Part shown: positions 1-7,726 of the stretch, piece after piece
How the letters are laid out: each line of letters begins with the position of its first letter
How positions within the stretch are numbered: the first letter of the stretch is position 1
Origin: Acidimicrobiia bacterium
Lineage (GTDB): Bacteria; Actinomycetota; Acidimicrobiia; Spongiisociales; UBA11373
DNA length: 64,000 nt
Direction of reading: 5' to 3'
NCBI GenBank assembly: GCA_046714175.1
Contig: JBKKBI010000062.1
Span: forward strand, 5,344-69,343
Program-made: the position numbers and the translations under genes
The notes under the pieces: model-generated
What the model saw: the letters and a program-made list of their open reading frames with translations, nothing else
Databases searched by the model: none
What the model was told of the DNA's origin: nothing

Positions 1-1681
1 ACTCGGCGGCGTCGACTGCCACCACAGTGTGGGTGACCCCGTCGTACTCAGAGGCCGGGGCGCCGTAGGCGGCGCGACGGTGATTGTTCATCACCCGCAG
101 CATCGACTCCCGGTTCTCGGCGAACTTCGGGAATGGCCCGAGCACCGCAGCCATCTCCGCCGAGGCCGCGTAGGCGTCCCCGGTGAGCACCGCGGTGAGA
201 GCGCCGGTGATGGCACGGGCCCGATCGGAGTCGTAGGGCACCGCCTGACGCATCAACAGTGATCCCAGGTTGGCGTAGCCAAGACCGAGGGTGCGGTAGT
301 CGTACGAGCCCTGGGCGATCTCCCGCGAGGGGAAGTGAGCCATCGTCACTGAGATCTCGAGCACGACCGTCCACAGCCTGATGGCGTGCCGGTATCCGTC
401 CATGTCGAAGGCGCCCGTGGCGTCGTCGTAGAAGGTGACCAGGTTGAGGCTCGCCAGGTTGCAGGCCGTGTTGTCGATGAACATGTACTCGGAGCACGGG
501 TTCGAGGCCCGGATCCGCCCGCCCGCCGGGCAGGTATGCCACTGGTTGATGGTGGTGTCGAACTGGATCCCAGGATCGGCGCAGGCCCAAGCTGCCTCGG
601 CGATGCGGCGCCATAGGTCGCGGGCCTTGATCGTGCGCATTACCCGGCCATCGGTGCGGGCCTTCAGCTCCCAGTCAGTGTCTTCTTCCACCGCGCGTAG
701 GAACGCTTCGTGGACCCGCACCGAGTTGTTGGAGTTCTGTCCGGAGACCGTCTGATAGGCGTCGCCGTTGAAGTCGGAGGAGTAGCCGGCCGCAATCAGG
801 GCTCGTACCTTGTCCTCTTCGACCTTCTTCCAATCGACGAACTCCTCGATGTCAGGGTGGTCGACGTCGAGGATCACCATCTTGGCGGCACGCCGGGTGG
901 TGCCGCCCGACTTGATGGCCCCAGCGGCGCGGTCGCCGATTTTGAGGAAGGACATGATCCCCGAGGAGCGTCCACCACCGCTAAGCGGCTCACCCGCGGC
1001 GCGCAGCGACGAAAAGTTGGTGCCGGTGCCGGAGCCGAACTTGAACAGGCGGGCCTCGCGGGTCCACAGGTCCATGATCCCGCCCTCGTTCACCAGGTCG
1101 TCGTTGACCGACTGGATGAAGCAGGCGTGTGGGGCGGGCCGGGTGTAGGAGTCGGGGGAGGCGACCACCGCGCCGGTCTCCTCCTCGACGAACCAGAAGC
1201 CCTGGGAAGGCCCGGTGAGCCCGTACATGTGGTTGAGACCCGTGTTGAACCATTGCGGGCTGTTGGGCGCGGCGATTTGGTTGACGAGCATGTAGCCGAT
1301 CTCATCCTCGAATGCCTGGGCATCGGCGACCGTGGCGAAGTAGCCGTTGCGCTCGCCCCAGGCGCGCCAGGTGGCGGAGAGGCGGGTGATCACTTGGCGA
1401 GCGCTCCGCTCCGGACCGAGCACGGGCAGGCCCTCGGAGTCCGTCGCCCAGGTGCCGTCGGGGTTCTGCTGCGGGACCCCGGCCTTGCGAAAGTACTTGG
1501 AGACCATGATGTCGGCGGCCACCTGGGACCAGGTCGCCGGGATCTCGGCGTCGAGCATCTCGAACACGATCGAGCCGTCGGGGTTGGTGATCCGGGAGTC
1601 GCGTCGACTCCAGGCCACCGACGCAAGAGGATCTTCTCCGGCAGTGGTGAAGTACCGGTTGATGTGCAGTCCGTCGCCCAT
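1..1681 (-). CDS. nrdJ: Class II adenosylcobalamin-dependent ribonucleotide reductase (partial; C-terminus beyond the window edge)
   Basis: Manual reverse-strand translation from the ATG (reverse complement of 1679-1681) gives MGDGLHINRYFTTAGEDPLASVAWSRRDSRITNPDGSIVF. The frame stays open to position 1. It is not in the ORF track because no stop codon lies inside the window. Class II RNR identity rests on remembered homology. Confidence 0.8.
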   Translation of the reverse strand, partial: MGDGLHINRYFTTAGEDPLASVAWSRRDSRITNPDGSIVFEMLDAEIPATWSQVAADIMVSKYFRKAGVPQQNPDGTWATDSEGLPVLGPERSARQVITRLSATWRAWGERNGYFATVADAQAFEDEIGYMLVNQIAAPNSPQWFNTGLNHMYGLTGPSQGFWFVEEETGAVVASPDSYTRPAPHACFIQSVNDDLVNEGGIMDLWTREARLFKFGSGTGTNFSSLRAAGEPLSGGGRSSGIMSFLKIGDRAAGAIKSGGTTRRAAKMVILDVDHPDIEEFVDWKKVEEDKVRALIAAGYSSDFNGDAYQTVSGQNSNNSVRVHEAFLRAVEEDTDWELKARTDGRVMRTIKARDLWRRIAEAAWACADPGIQFDTTINQWHTCPAGGRIRASNPCSEYMFIDNTACNLASLNLVTFYDDATGAFDMDGYRHAIRLWTVVLEISVTMAHFPSREIAQGSYDYRTLGLGYANLGSLLMRQAVPYDSDRARAITGALTAVLTGDAYAASAEMAAVLGPFPKFAENRESMLRVMNNHRRAAYGAPASEYDGVTHTVVAVDAAE

Positions 1682-1771
1682 GGCGTCCTCCCGTTCCGTT
1701 CCCTGGCGCCGGCGAGGCGCCCTGCTGTGTATTTGGGGTCAACTCGCTCGGTGCGGGTCCGTTGTCCCCAA

Positions 1772-1817
1772 CCACAAGATGTAGTGGTGTGCAGAGGCGA
1801 CACCACAAGCTCTTGCG
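1772..1817 (-). promoter_or_regulatory. Tandem NrdR boxes upstream of nrdJ
   Basis: cCACaAgATgTaGTGg (1772-1787) fits the NrdR-box consensus acaCwAtATaTwGtgt. A weaker second box, ccacaagctcttgcgg (1802-1817), lies about 30 bp centre-to-centre. Both sit 90-135 bp upstream of the nrdJ start codon. Confidence 0.5.
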
Positions 1818-2035
1818 GTAACACACGAGTGTAATTACACGCGAGTGGTGCCGTCAAGCAGTCTCCCCCGCAGAGCGGTCGCCAACCTGCGGGGGGCGGG
1901 GAAGAAGGCCGGTGAGAGCCTTGCGAGAGGGGTTGTAGTGCCGCAGACGCGGTGGGGTCAAGCCGCGGCGCTGAAAGGTTTTCGCGGAGACCGGAGGAGG
2001 AGGCCGGAGACCGGAGACCGGAGGCCGGCGACGGG

Positions 2036-3607
2036 TCAGCTGCTGCCGGACGTGAGCTCCGGTCCTACCCATGCTGGCGTCACTGCTTCGTATCCGGCTG
2101 CGATCTCGATCAGGGTCTCCTCGGTCCAGCGTCGGCCCATGAGCTCGAGACCGACGGGCCATCCCTGCGGGGTGAATCCGGCGGGCACCACGATCGCGGG
2201 GAACCCTCCCACCGAGGCCGTGCCGCAGTTGCTGCCCTCCTGGGACGAGCCCACGGGAGCGGGCACCCGCGTGATCGGGGGATAGGCGAGGGCATCGAGA
2301 TCGTGCTCATCCATCCAGGCCTCCATAGCGCCCTGGACGATGTCGCGTCGCCCCAGGGCTGCTCGATACACGGCAGAGTCCAGCGTGGCGGCCAGCGCCC
2401 GCTGCAGCGGACCCGACAGATCGCGGAGATACCGGCCAGAGGCATAGATCTCCGCCAGCGTCGCATAAGGGGCGTCGGGTTGGCCCGCCAGGTATTCGTC
2501 GAAGGCGGGCCGCCACTCCCGGAGAAACAGCACGGCGGCGTCGCCGCGCAGCGAGTTGAACCCGGGGATCGGGGCTGGGACGATCTCGGCGCCATTGGCG
2601 GCCATGAGGTCGAGGGCGGCGCGAGCCGCGGCGTTGACCACGGCGTCGCCCGAGAACAGCACATCAACCACTCCGATCCGCACCCCCTCCAGCGACCCTC
2701 GACCGGCCGCCTCGGTGTAGCGGCTGCCGGAGGCAGCGGTGGCATCGAGCACCATCGCCAGGTCCACGACGAAGCGCGCCATCGGGCCGACGGTGTCCTC
2801 ACTGAACGAGAGCGGGATCACGCCATCGGTGGGGGTGAGTCCCACTGTGGGCCGTAGGCCATACAGGTGGTTGAAGGCCGCGGGGATTCGGATCGACCCG
2901 CAGGTGTCGGTGCCGAGTCCCGCAGCCGCAAATTCGGCAGCAAGCGCAGCCCCCGTGCCGCCGCTGGAACCGCCGGGGTTGCGACCCAGGTCATACGGGT
3001 TGGCGGTGGTGCCTCCGAGCGACGAGATGGACCGGATGTCGCGGGCGAACTCGTAGAGGTTGGTCTTCGCCAGGATGATCGCCCCCGCGGAGCGCAGCCG
3101 CGCCACCTGGGTGGCGTCGGCCACGGGCACGAACCCGTCCAGGGCCAGCGACCCCGCGGTGGTCGGCTGGTCGAAGGTGCCGATGTTGTCTTTCACCACC
3201 ACAGGGATGCCGTGCAATGGTCCGCGGAGGGTTCCGGCGGCCCGCTCCCGATCGAGCGCCACCGCTTCATGGATGGCGCGGGGATTGACGTGGATCACCG
3301 CATTGATGGCGGGATCGTGGTCCTCGATCCGGGAGAGGTAGAAACGGGTCAGGCCGACCGCGCTCAGCCGACCCTCGGCCATGGCCGCCTGAAGTTCCGG
3401 GATCGTCGCTCCCGCTGGGTCGAACGGCTCCGGCGGGAGCGTGGTCGTGGAGGTGGTGCTGGCAGGGGACGGGGTCAGCGTCGTGGTGGTGGCCAGGGGC
3501 ACAGCGGTGAACACGGTGGTCGTATTGGCCCCGGAGTCGGAGCAGGCGGTGAGCAGCGCCACCGTCGCCAGAAACCGTGCTGCCAATGATCTCCGGGCGC
3601 CGGGCAT
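2036..3607 (-). CDS. Secreted amidase-signature family amidase, lipoprotein with a Thr/Pro-rich linker
   Basis: Contains GGSSGGTGAALAAEFAAAGLGTDTCGSIRIPAAFNHLYGLRPT and the KDNIGT motif. The N-terminus has the lipobox LLTAC after MPGARRSLAARFLATVA. The internal ATG at 3605-3607 was chosen over the longer track ORF. Confidence 0.8.
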   Translation of the reverse strand: MPGARRSLAARFLATVALLTACSDSGANTTTVFTAVPLATTTTLTPSPASTTSTTTLPPEPFDPAGATIPELQAAMAEGRLSAVGLTRFYLSRIEDHDPAINAVIHVNPRAIHEAVALDRERAAGTLRGPLHGIPVVVKDNIGTFDQPTTAGSLALDGFVPVADATQVARLRSAGAIILAKTNLYEFARDIRSISSLGGTTANPYDLGRNPGGSSGGTGAALAAEFAAAGLGTDTCGSIRIPAAFNHLYGLRPTVGLTPTDGVIPLSFSEDTVGPMARFVVDLAMVLDATAASGSRYTEAAGRGSLEGVRIGVVDVLFSGDAVVNAAARAALDLMAANGAEIVPAPIPGFNSLRGDAAVLFLREWRPAFDEYLAGQPDAPYATLAEIYASGRYLRDLSGPLQRALAATLDSAVYRAALGRRDIVQGAMEAWMDEHDLDALAYPPITRVPAPVGSSQEGSNCGTASVGGFPAIVVPAGFTPQGWPVGLELMGRRWTEETLIEIAAGYEAVTPAWVGPELTSGSS

Positions 3608-3633
3608 TTCGGTGCGGGCCGGATCGGGGCCGC

Positions 3634-3927
3634 TCAACCTTCGGGGTCTACCTCGCTCAGACACGCCAGGGTGATTTCCACGAACTCCTCGGGAGGCTCT
3701 TCGCTGGCCTCGATGGCGAAGGCGATGAACTCTTCTTGGGTGAACCGCTTCTCCAACTCGGTGAGCGTGCACTCGCAGAAGGCTTGGTTCTGCTCGCCGC
3801 CGCACCCTTCCAGATAGGCGTTGCGAACCTCCGGGGAATAGCGGGCTCCCGCGCCGTCGTCGTCGCCGCAGGCGGCAAGGAGCGTAACGGTGGCGAGGAT
3901 GGCGATCAGGCCGGCACGGAACTTCAT
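3634..3927 (-). CDS. Small lipoprotein (hypothetical)
   Basis: MKFRAGLIAILATVTLLAACGDDD has a signal peptide plus the lipobox LLAAC. The protein is Cys-rich and acidic. Confidence 0.5.
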   Translation of the reverse strand: MKFRAGLIAILATVTLLAACGDDDGAGARYSPEVRNAYLEGCGGEQNQAFCECTLTELEKRFTQEEFIAFAIEASEEPPEEFVEITLACLSEVDPEG

Positions 3928-4098
3928 GGCTTCCCCTCGTAGATCCAGATGTAGATGAGCACGACGGCGACGACGCCGAGGACGACGATCACGGGGCGGG
4001 ATGCTAATTCAGCTGGCGCGGGCGGGGAGGGTGTGGCCGAATGAGAAGGGGGTCAGACCGAGCGGTCCGACCCCCTTCGACCCTAACCGTCCGTCGCG

Positions 4099-4338
4099 CT
4101 ATGCAGGACCGGCCGCCGCCGGAGGCGGTGTCGGCGCCGCACCCTTGGGTTGCTTGGGAGGTCCAAACGAACCCCACAGTGCCCCGAGCACCGCGCTCAC
4201 GCCGCTATAGATGCCGAGAGTCGGAATCGAGAGCGGCACGATGCTGAACACCATGAGCAGGAGTGCTACCCCGGCCCCGGTGATCAAGCCCCAAATGAAG
4301 CCTCGAATCGGATGTCGCTCGACGGTGGTCTCGGCCAT
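4099..4338 (-). CDS. Small membrane protein (hypothetical, about 79 aa)
   Basis: MAETTVERHPIRGFIWGLITGAGVALLLMVFSIVPLSIPTLGIYSGVSAVLGALWG has two TM helices. The RBS GGGAGTAAAG precedes the ATG at 4336-4338. The stop of the upstream gene sits at 4341-4343. Confidence 0.45.
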   Translation of the reverse strand: MAETTVERHPIRGFIWGLITGAGVALLLMVFSIVPLSIPTLGIYSGVSAVLGALWGSFGPPKQPKGAAPTPPPAAAGPA

Positions 4339-4340
4339 CT

Positions 4341-5177
4341 TTACTCCCTCCACGACAGCGCTGGGCGGGCATTGAACAGCACTCCGGTGAACCCGGCCGC
4401 AGCCAGCAGGGCTGCCAGGATTCCCGGCGGTGTCAGCAACGGGTTGGGCCCGACGAATTTGACCCAACCGTCTCCCACGCAGTTCGGCTCCGGATACGAC
4501 TCCATCTCGGGCAACTCCTCGGCGCCCCATCCGTCCACCCAGGCACCCTTGGCCTGGATCAGGGCGGTGAACTGGAACGGAAGCAGGTCGCCGAAGTCGA
4601 CAGCCCCAGCATTGCGGTTCTTGTCCCGCGGGTTGGGGTCGCCGCCGTCGTCGCCGAACAGCCCTTCCGCCTTGATGAACCAGCGGTGATCATGGAAGGT
4701 CTCGGGAATGCTCGAGCCGAAATACACCAACACTCCGGCCGTGTCCACTTCCAGGGGATTGTCCCGGGTCAGCTTTTGATGGCCATAGATGTCGTAGGGC
4801 GGATCGTCGCCGCCCGTGTCGAACATGGCATCGATGGAGAGCCCAGAAGAGTCGTACGCGATGACGACGCCCTTGCACGGTCCGGTAAGGCTGGAGCCGG
4901 TGTCGCCAGGATCGAAGTCCCCCGAAACGGCCTCGAGGAACCCCTCCTCGGTCACCTCGCCGATGCGATCATCCCAGATTCCGGCAACCCCCTCCGGGGG
5001 TAACTCGCCGAGATCGGGAATCCCGTCGCCGTTACGGTCGGCAAAGTCGTCGCGGAACTGCTCGGGGATGAACTGCATCAGGTCTACGACCGGCTCTTCT
5101 TCCTGGGCGAAGGCCGGCGGCATCGCCACCAGCAGCACCACGCCCAGGGCGAGGAGTAGGTTGCGCTTTCGTCGCAT
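4341..5177 (-). CDS. Secreted protein with a Ca-binding-like DxNxDGxIxD motif and a C-terminal LTPPG + TM + basic-tail anchor (hypothetical)
   Basis: Signal peptide MRRKRNLLLALGVVLLVAMPPAFAQ. Motif DRNGDGIPDLGE. C-terminus LTPPGILAALLAAAGFTGVLFNARPALSWRE. Confidence 0.5.
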   Translation of the reverse strand: MRRKRNLLLALGVVLLVAMPPAFAQEEEPVVDLMQFIPEQFRDDFADRNGDGIPDLGELPPEGVAGIWDDRIGEVTEEGFLEAVSGDFDPGDTGSSLTGPCKGVVIAYDSSGLSIDAMFDTGGDDPPYDIYGHQKLTRDNPLEVDTAGVLVYFGSSIPETFHDHRWFIKAEGLFGDDGGDPNPRDKNRNAGAVDFGDLLPFQFTALIQAKGAWVDGWGAEELPEMESYPEPNCVGDGWVKFVGPNPLLTPPGILAALLAAAGFTGVLFNARPALSWRE

Positions 5178-5223
5178 GGCCGCAATCCCCCTGTGATCGG
5201 ATGCGGCGGAGGCTACCTCGCCG

Positions 5224-5400
5224 TCAGCCGGGCTGCTCGCCGTCCGGTTCGGGTTCGATCACCACGTCCATCCGGTGGCCACAGTCCTGGCACGTGTAGG
5301 CGATCACCTGGTCCTCGGCCGATTCCTCCTCCGGCGCCGGATACCCCACCCGATGGGCGACTCCCGAGCACTCGGTGCAACCCAGGGTGTCGGGGATCAT
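5224..5400 (-). CDS. Small zinc-ribbon protein (58 aa, two CxxC pairs)
   Basis: Manual translation: MIPDTLGCTECSGVAHRVGYPAPEEESAEDQVIAYTCQDCGHRMDVVIEPEPDGEQPG*. GC3 is high. No obvious RBS. Absent from the track because it is under 60 aa. Confidence 0.35.
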   Translation of the reverse strand: MIPDTLGCTECSGVAHRVGYPAPEEESAEDQVIAYTCQDCGHRMDVVIEPEPDGEQPG

Positions 5401-5452
5401 GGGGAGAGACTATGGGATGTCGGCAACGGTCGGCTGGCGAAATTGGCGTCGG

Positions 5453-5563
5453 GACCTCCGGCCCCGCCCTCGGGTCTCCGGTCTCCGGCCTCCGGTCTCC
5501 CGGTAACGGGCAACGGGCAACGGGCAACGGCTTCCGGTCTCCGGCCTCCCGGTAACTGGCAAC
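5453..5563. repeat. Intergenic tandem heptamer array (units ccggtct/ccggcct and gcaacgg); reverse-complement copy at 1986-2030
   Basis: ccggtctccggcctccggtctcc, then gtaacgggcaacgggcaacgggcaacgg, then cttccggtctccggcctcc. The strand-inverted copy ggagaccggaggaggaggccggagaccggagaccggaggccgg lies at 1986-2030. Confidence 0.6.
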
Positions 5564-5567
5564 TCTT

Positions 5568-6752
5568 TCAGCCAAGTGTCACCACGAACGACTCCTGGAC
5601 ATCGTTGCCGTCGATCTCGTCGAGCGCGGTGAGGTCGGCGGGGGAGAGGGCGCCCGACTGGTCGAAGTCCACCCAGAGCCGGAGCCACAGGCGGGCGCCG
5701 CTGCTCACCCCGGCCGGGAGGGGCACTGCGAGGTCGTTGACCGTCCCGGCGGCGACGGCAACCACTGCGAGGCGGGTGCCGGGGGCACCGGAGGAGTTGC
5801 GCAGGATCTCGATGAATCCGGCGGCCGGGGCGACGAGGGAGTCGATGACGAACTCACCCCCGCTCTCGACCACCTGATCGGCGACGACGAGTGCTGCCGG
5901 AGCACGCCGGATCACGGTGATCTCTGCGGAACCGACGGCAAGCAATCCCCCTTCGGTGACTGCCATCTGATCGCCCTCTGGGCCGGGAGTGAACGCGCCG
6001 TCCTCGTTCCGGTCCACCCAGGCCACCACCATGAAGGTGCCGGCGGCGACCAGCGGTGTGTCCAGGCTCAGCGTGAACTCGCCGATCACTCCGGACGGGA
6101 AGAGCTCGCTGACGCCCAGCACCGCTCCCGGTCCTTCGGCAGCGCTCTCGTGCACCACCAGGAACCCGGGTGCCGGGAGCAGGCCGCCGGCGAGCACGAG
6201 CGTGGTGCCATCGGTCACCTGCGGATCCAGAAGCGCCGAGCCAGGGCTGAGCGGTGGTAGCAGGGTGATGGTGACGATGGCCGTCGCCGGAGTGCCGTCG
6301 GCGCCTGTGGCGACGGCGTCCACAAACGCGTCGGGAGGCTCGTAGAGGAACTCGGTATCGGAGTCCACGTCGATGTGCACGGTGAGATGCAGGGTCGTGG
6401 TTGAGGAGATCGGGACCAGGAACGGCACGGGGACGTCGGCAGTGAAGCCCTTGGCGATCAACTCGCTGATACCGATCACCTCACCGGGCGAGCCGCCGCT
6501 GTCCAGGCGGGCCACCACCCACCCGGCGTCGGGCATCGCCAGCGACTCCACCACTACCGACGATCCCTCCGACCGCTGATCGCCGGCCACGATGCTTGCC
6601 GGGCTGGTGGCCACGGGTTCGTCGCCCGAGAGCGGGAGCGTCGTAGTCGTCGTGCCCGACGACTCGTAGCTGCAGGAGCCGGCGACGACAACCGCAACGA
6701 AAACCCAGGAGAAGCGACGAGTCATTCGGCGCGGGAGGGTAATAGGAGTCAT
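5568..6752 (-). CDS. Secreted protein with three internally repeated domains (hypothetical)
   Basis: N-terminal hydrophobic segment MTPITLPRRMTRRFSWVFVAVVVAGSC. Three similar roughly 100-aa repeats (VVVESLAMPDAGWVVARL / FLVVHESAAEGPGAVLGV / FVIDSLVAPAAGFIEILR). The start codon is embedded in a gagtcat repeat. Confidence 0.5.
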   Translation of the reverse strand: MTPITLPRRMTRRFSWVFVAVVVAGSCSYESSGTTTTTLPLSGDEPVATSPASIVAGDQRSEGSSVVVESLAMPDAGWVVARLDSGGSPGEVIGISELIAKGFTADVPVPFLVPISSTTTLHLTVHIDVDSDTEFLYEPPDAFVDAVATGADGTPATAIVTITLLPPLSPGSALLDPQVTDGTTLVLAGGLLPAPGFLVVHESAAEGPGAVLGVSELFPSGVIGEFTLSLDTPLVAAGTFMVVAWVDRNEDGAFTPGPEGDQMAVTEGGLLAVGSAEITVIRRAPAALVVADQVVESGGEFVIDSLVAPAAGFIEILRNSSGAPGTRLAVVAVAAGTVNDLAVPLPAGVSSGARLWLRLWVDFDQSGALSPADLTALDEIDGNDVQESFVVTLG

Positions 6753-6838
6753 GAGTCATGAGTCAGAGCAAAGATGCCGGATGCCGGAGACACACCCTGG
6801 CAGAGCAGACCGCCGCAGGGCGGCCGAGCACCGCGTAC

Positions 6839-7726
6839 TCAGTGGTCGGGAAACGGTGCGGCACGGGCCAGCATCGCAGGCGGGTGGTCGTGGCCGAGTT
6901 GGCCCGCGAGCCAAGTGCCGGTGGCCGCGGCGAGCGCCGGGTCGATTCCGGTCTCGATCCCCATTCCCCGCAGCAACGCCACGAGGTCTTCGGTGGCGAC
7001 ATTGCCTCCGGCTCCGGGGGAGAACGGCGACCCACCGTATCCGCCCACGGCGGCATCGAGGGAGGCGGCTCCTGATCTGACGGCGGCGACTGCGTTGGCG
7101 TATCCGGCATTGCGGGTGTTGTGAAAGTGGCATCGCACCGCAACTCCGGCGGCTGCGGCGACTGCGGGCACCAGCGACTCGACGCCGACGGGATTGGCCA
7201 CCCCGATGGTGTCGCCCAGGGCGATCTCGCCGGCCCCGGCGGCCGCGAACCCGGCGGCGAGCTCGACGACCCGCGCCATGGGTACCGCGCCCTCCACCGG
7301 GTCGCCGAATGCGACAGCAATCGTCACCGAAACCCGGCGTCCGGCTTCGCGGGCTCTGCCCACCATCGCCCGAACCTCCCGGTTGCGCTCATCGGCACCC
7401 TGCCCGGTGTTCTTCTCGGCGTATCCAGTGGATCCGTAGGCGACGAGGTTGATCTCATCGAGCTCGCATCCCAGTGCCCGATCCAGCCCTCGCTCGTTGA
7501 GCACGAGCCCGATCGACGAAAAAGCGCGGGACTGCAGCGCCGAACAGATGTCTTCGGCGCCGGCCATCTGTGGCACCCGGCGCGGATCCGCAAATGAGAC
7601 GGTCTCGATCCGTTTCCCACCGGCGCGCTCCATGCGGCGGATCAGCTCGATCCGGGTGGCGACTGGAAGAACCGCGGACTCACCCTGCAGGCCGTCGCGC
7701 GGTCCGACCTCGACGATCTCGATCAG
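6839..7726 (-). CDS. Hydroxymethylglutaryl-CoA lyase-like (HMGL family) protein; start codon unresolved
   Basis: ETVSFADPRRVPQMAG...CHFHNTRNAGYANAVAAV matches the HMGL-like family. The conserved N-terminal KSLIEIVEVGPRDGLQ is encoded in frame upstream of the first ATG (7633). No ATG/GTG/TTG precedes it. The 7726 boundary is nominal (CTG overlapping the hppD stop). Confidence 0.65.
   Translation of the reverse strand: MIEIVEVGPRDGLQGESAVLPVATRIELIRRMERAGGKRIETVSFADPRRVPQMAGAEDICSALQSRAFSSIGLVLNERGLDRALGCELDEINLVAYGSTGYAEKNTGQGADERNREVRAMVGRAREAGRRVSVTIAVAFGDPVEGAVPMARVVELAAGFAAAGAGEIALGDTIGVANPVGVESLVPAVAAAAGVAVRCHFHNTRNAGYANAVAAVRSGAASLDAAVGGYGGSPFSPGAGGNVATEDLVALLRGMGIETGIDPALAAATGTWLAGQLGHDHPPAMLARAAPFPDH

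Noticed and set aside
710-1857. Long ORFs on the plus and minus strands inside the nrdJ region (710..1834 +, 1302..1826 -, 1390..1857 -).
   Set aside because: These are frame artefacts of high-GC DNA, antisense or out of frame to the RNR reading frame. The RNR frame translates to a recognisable class II RNR N-terminus.
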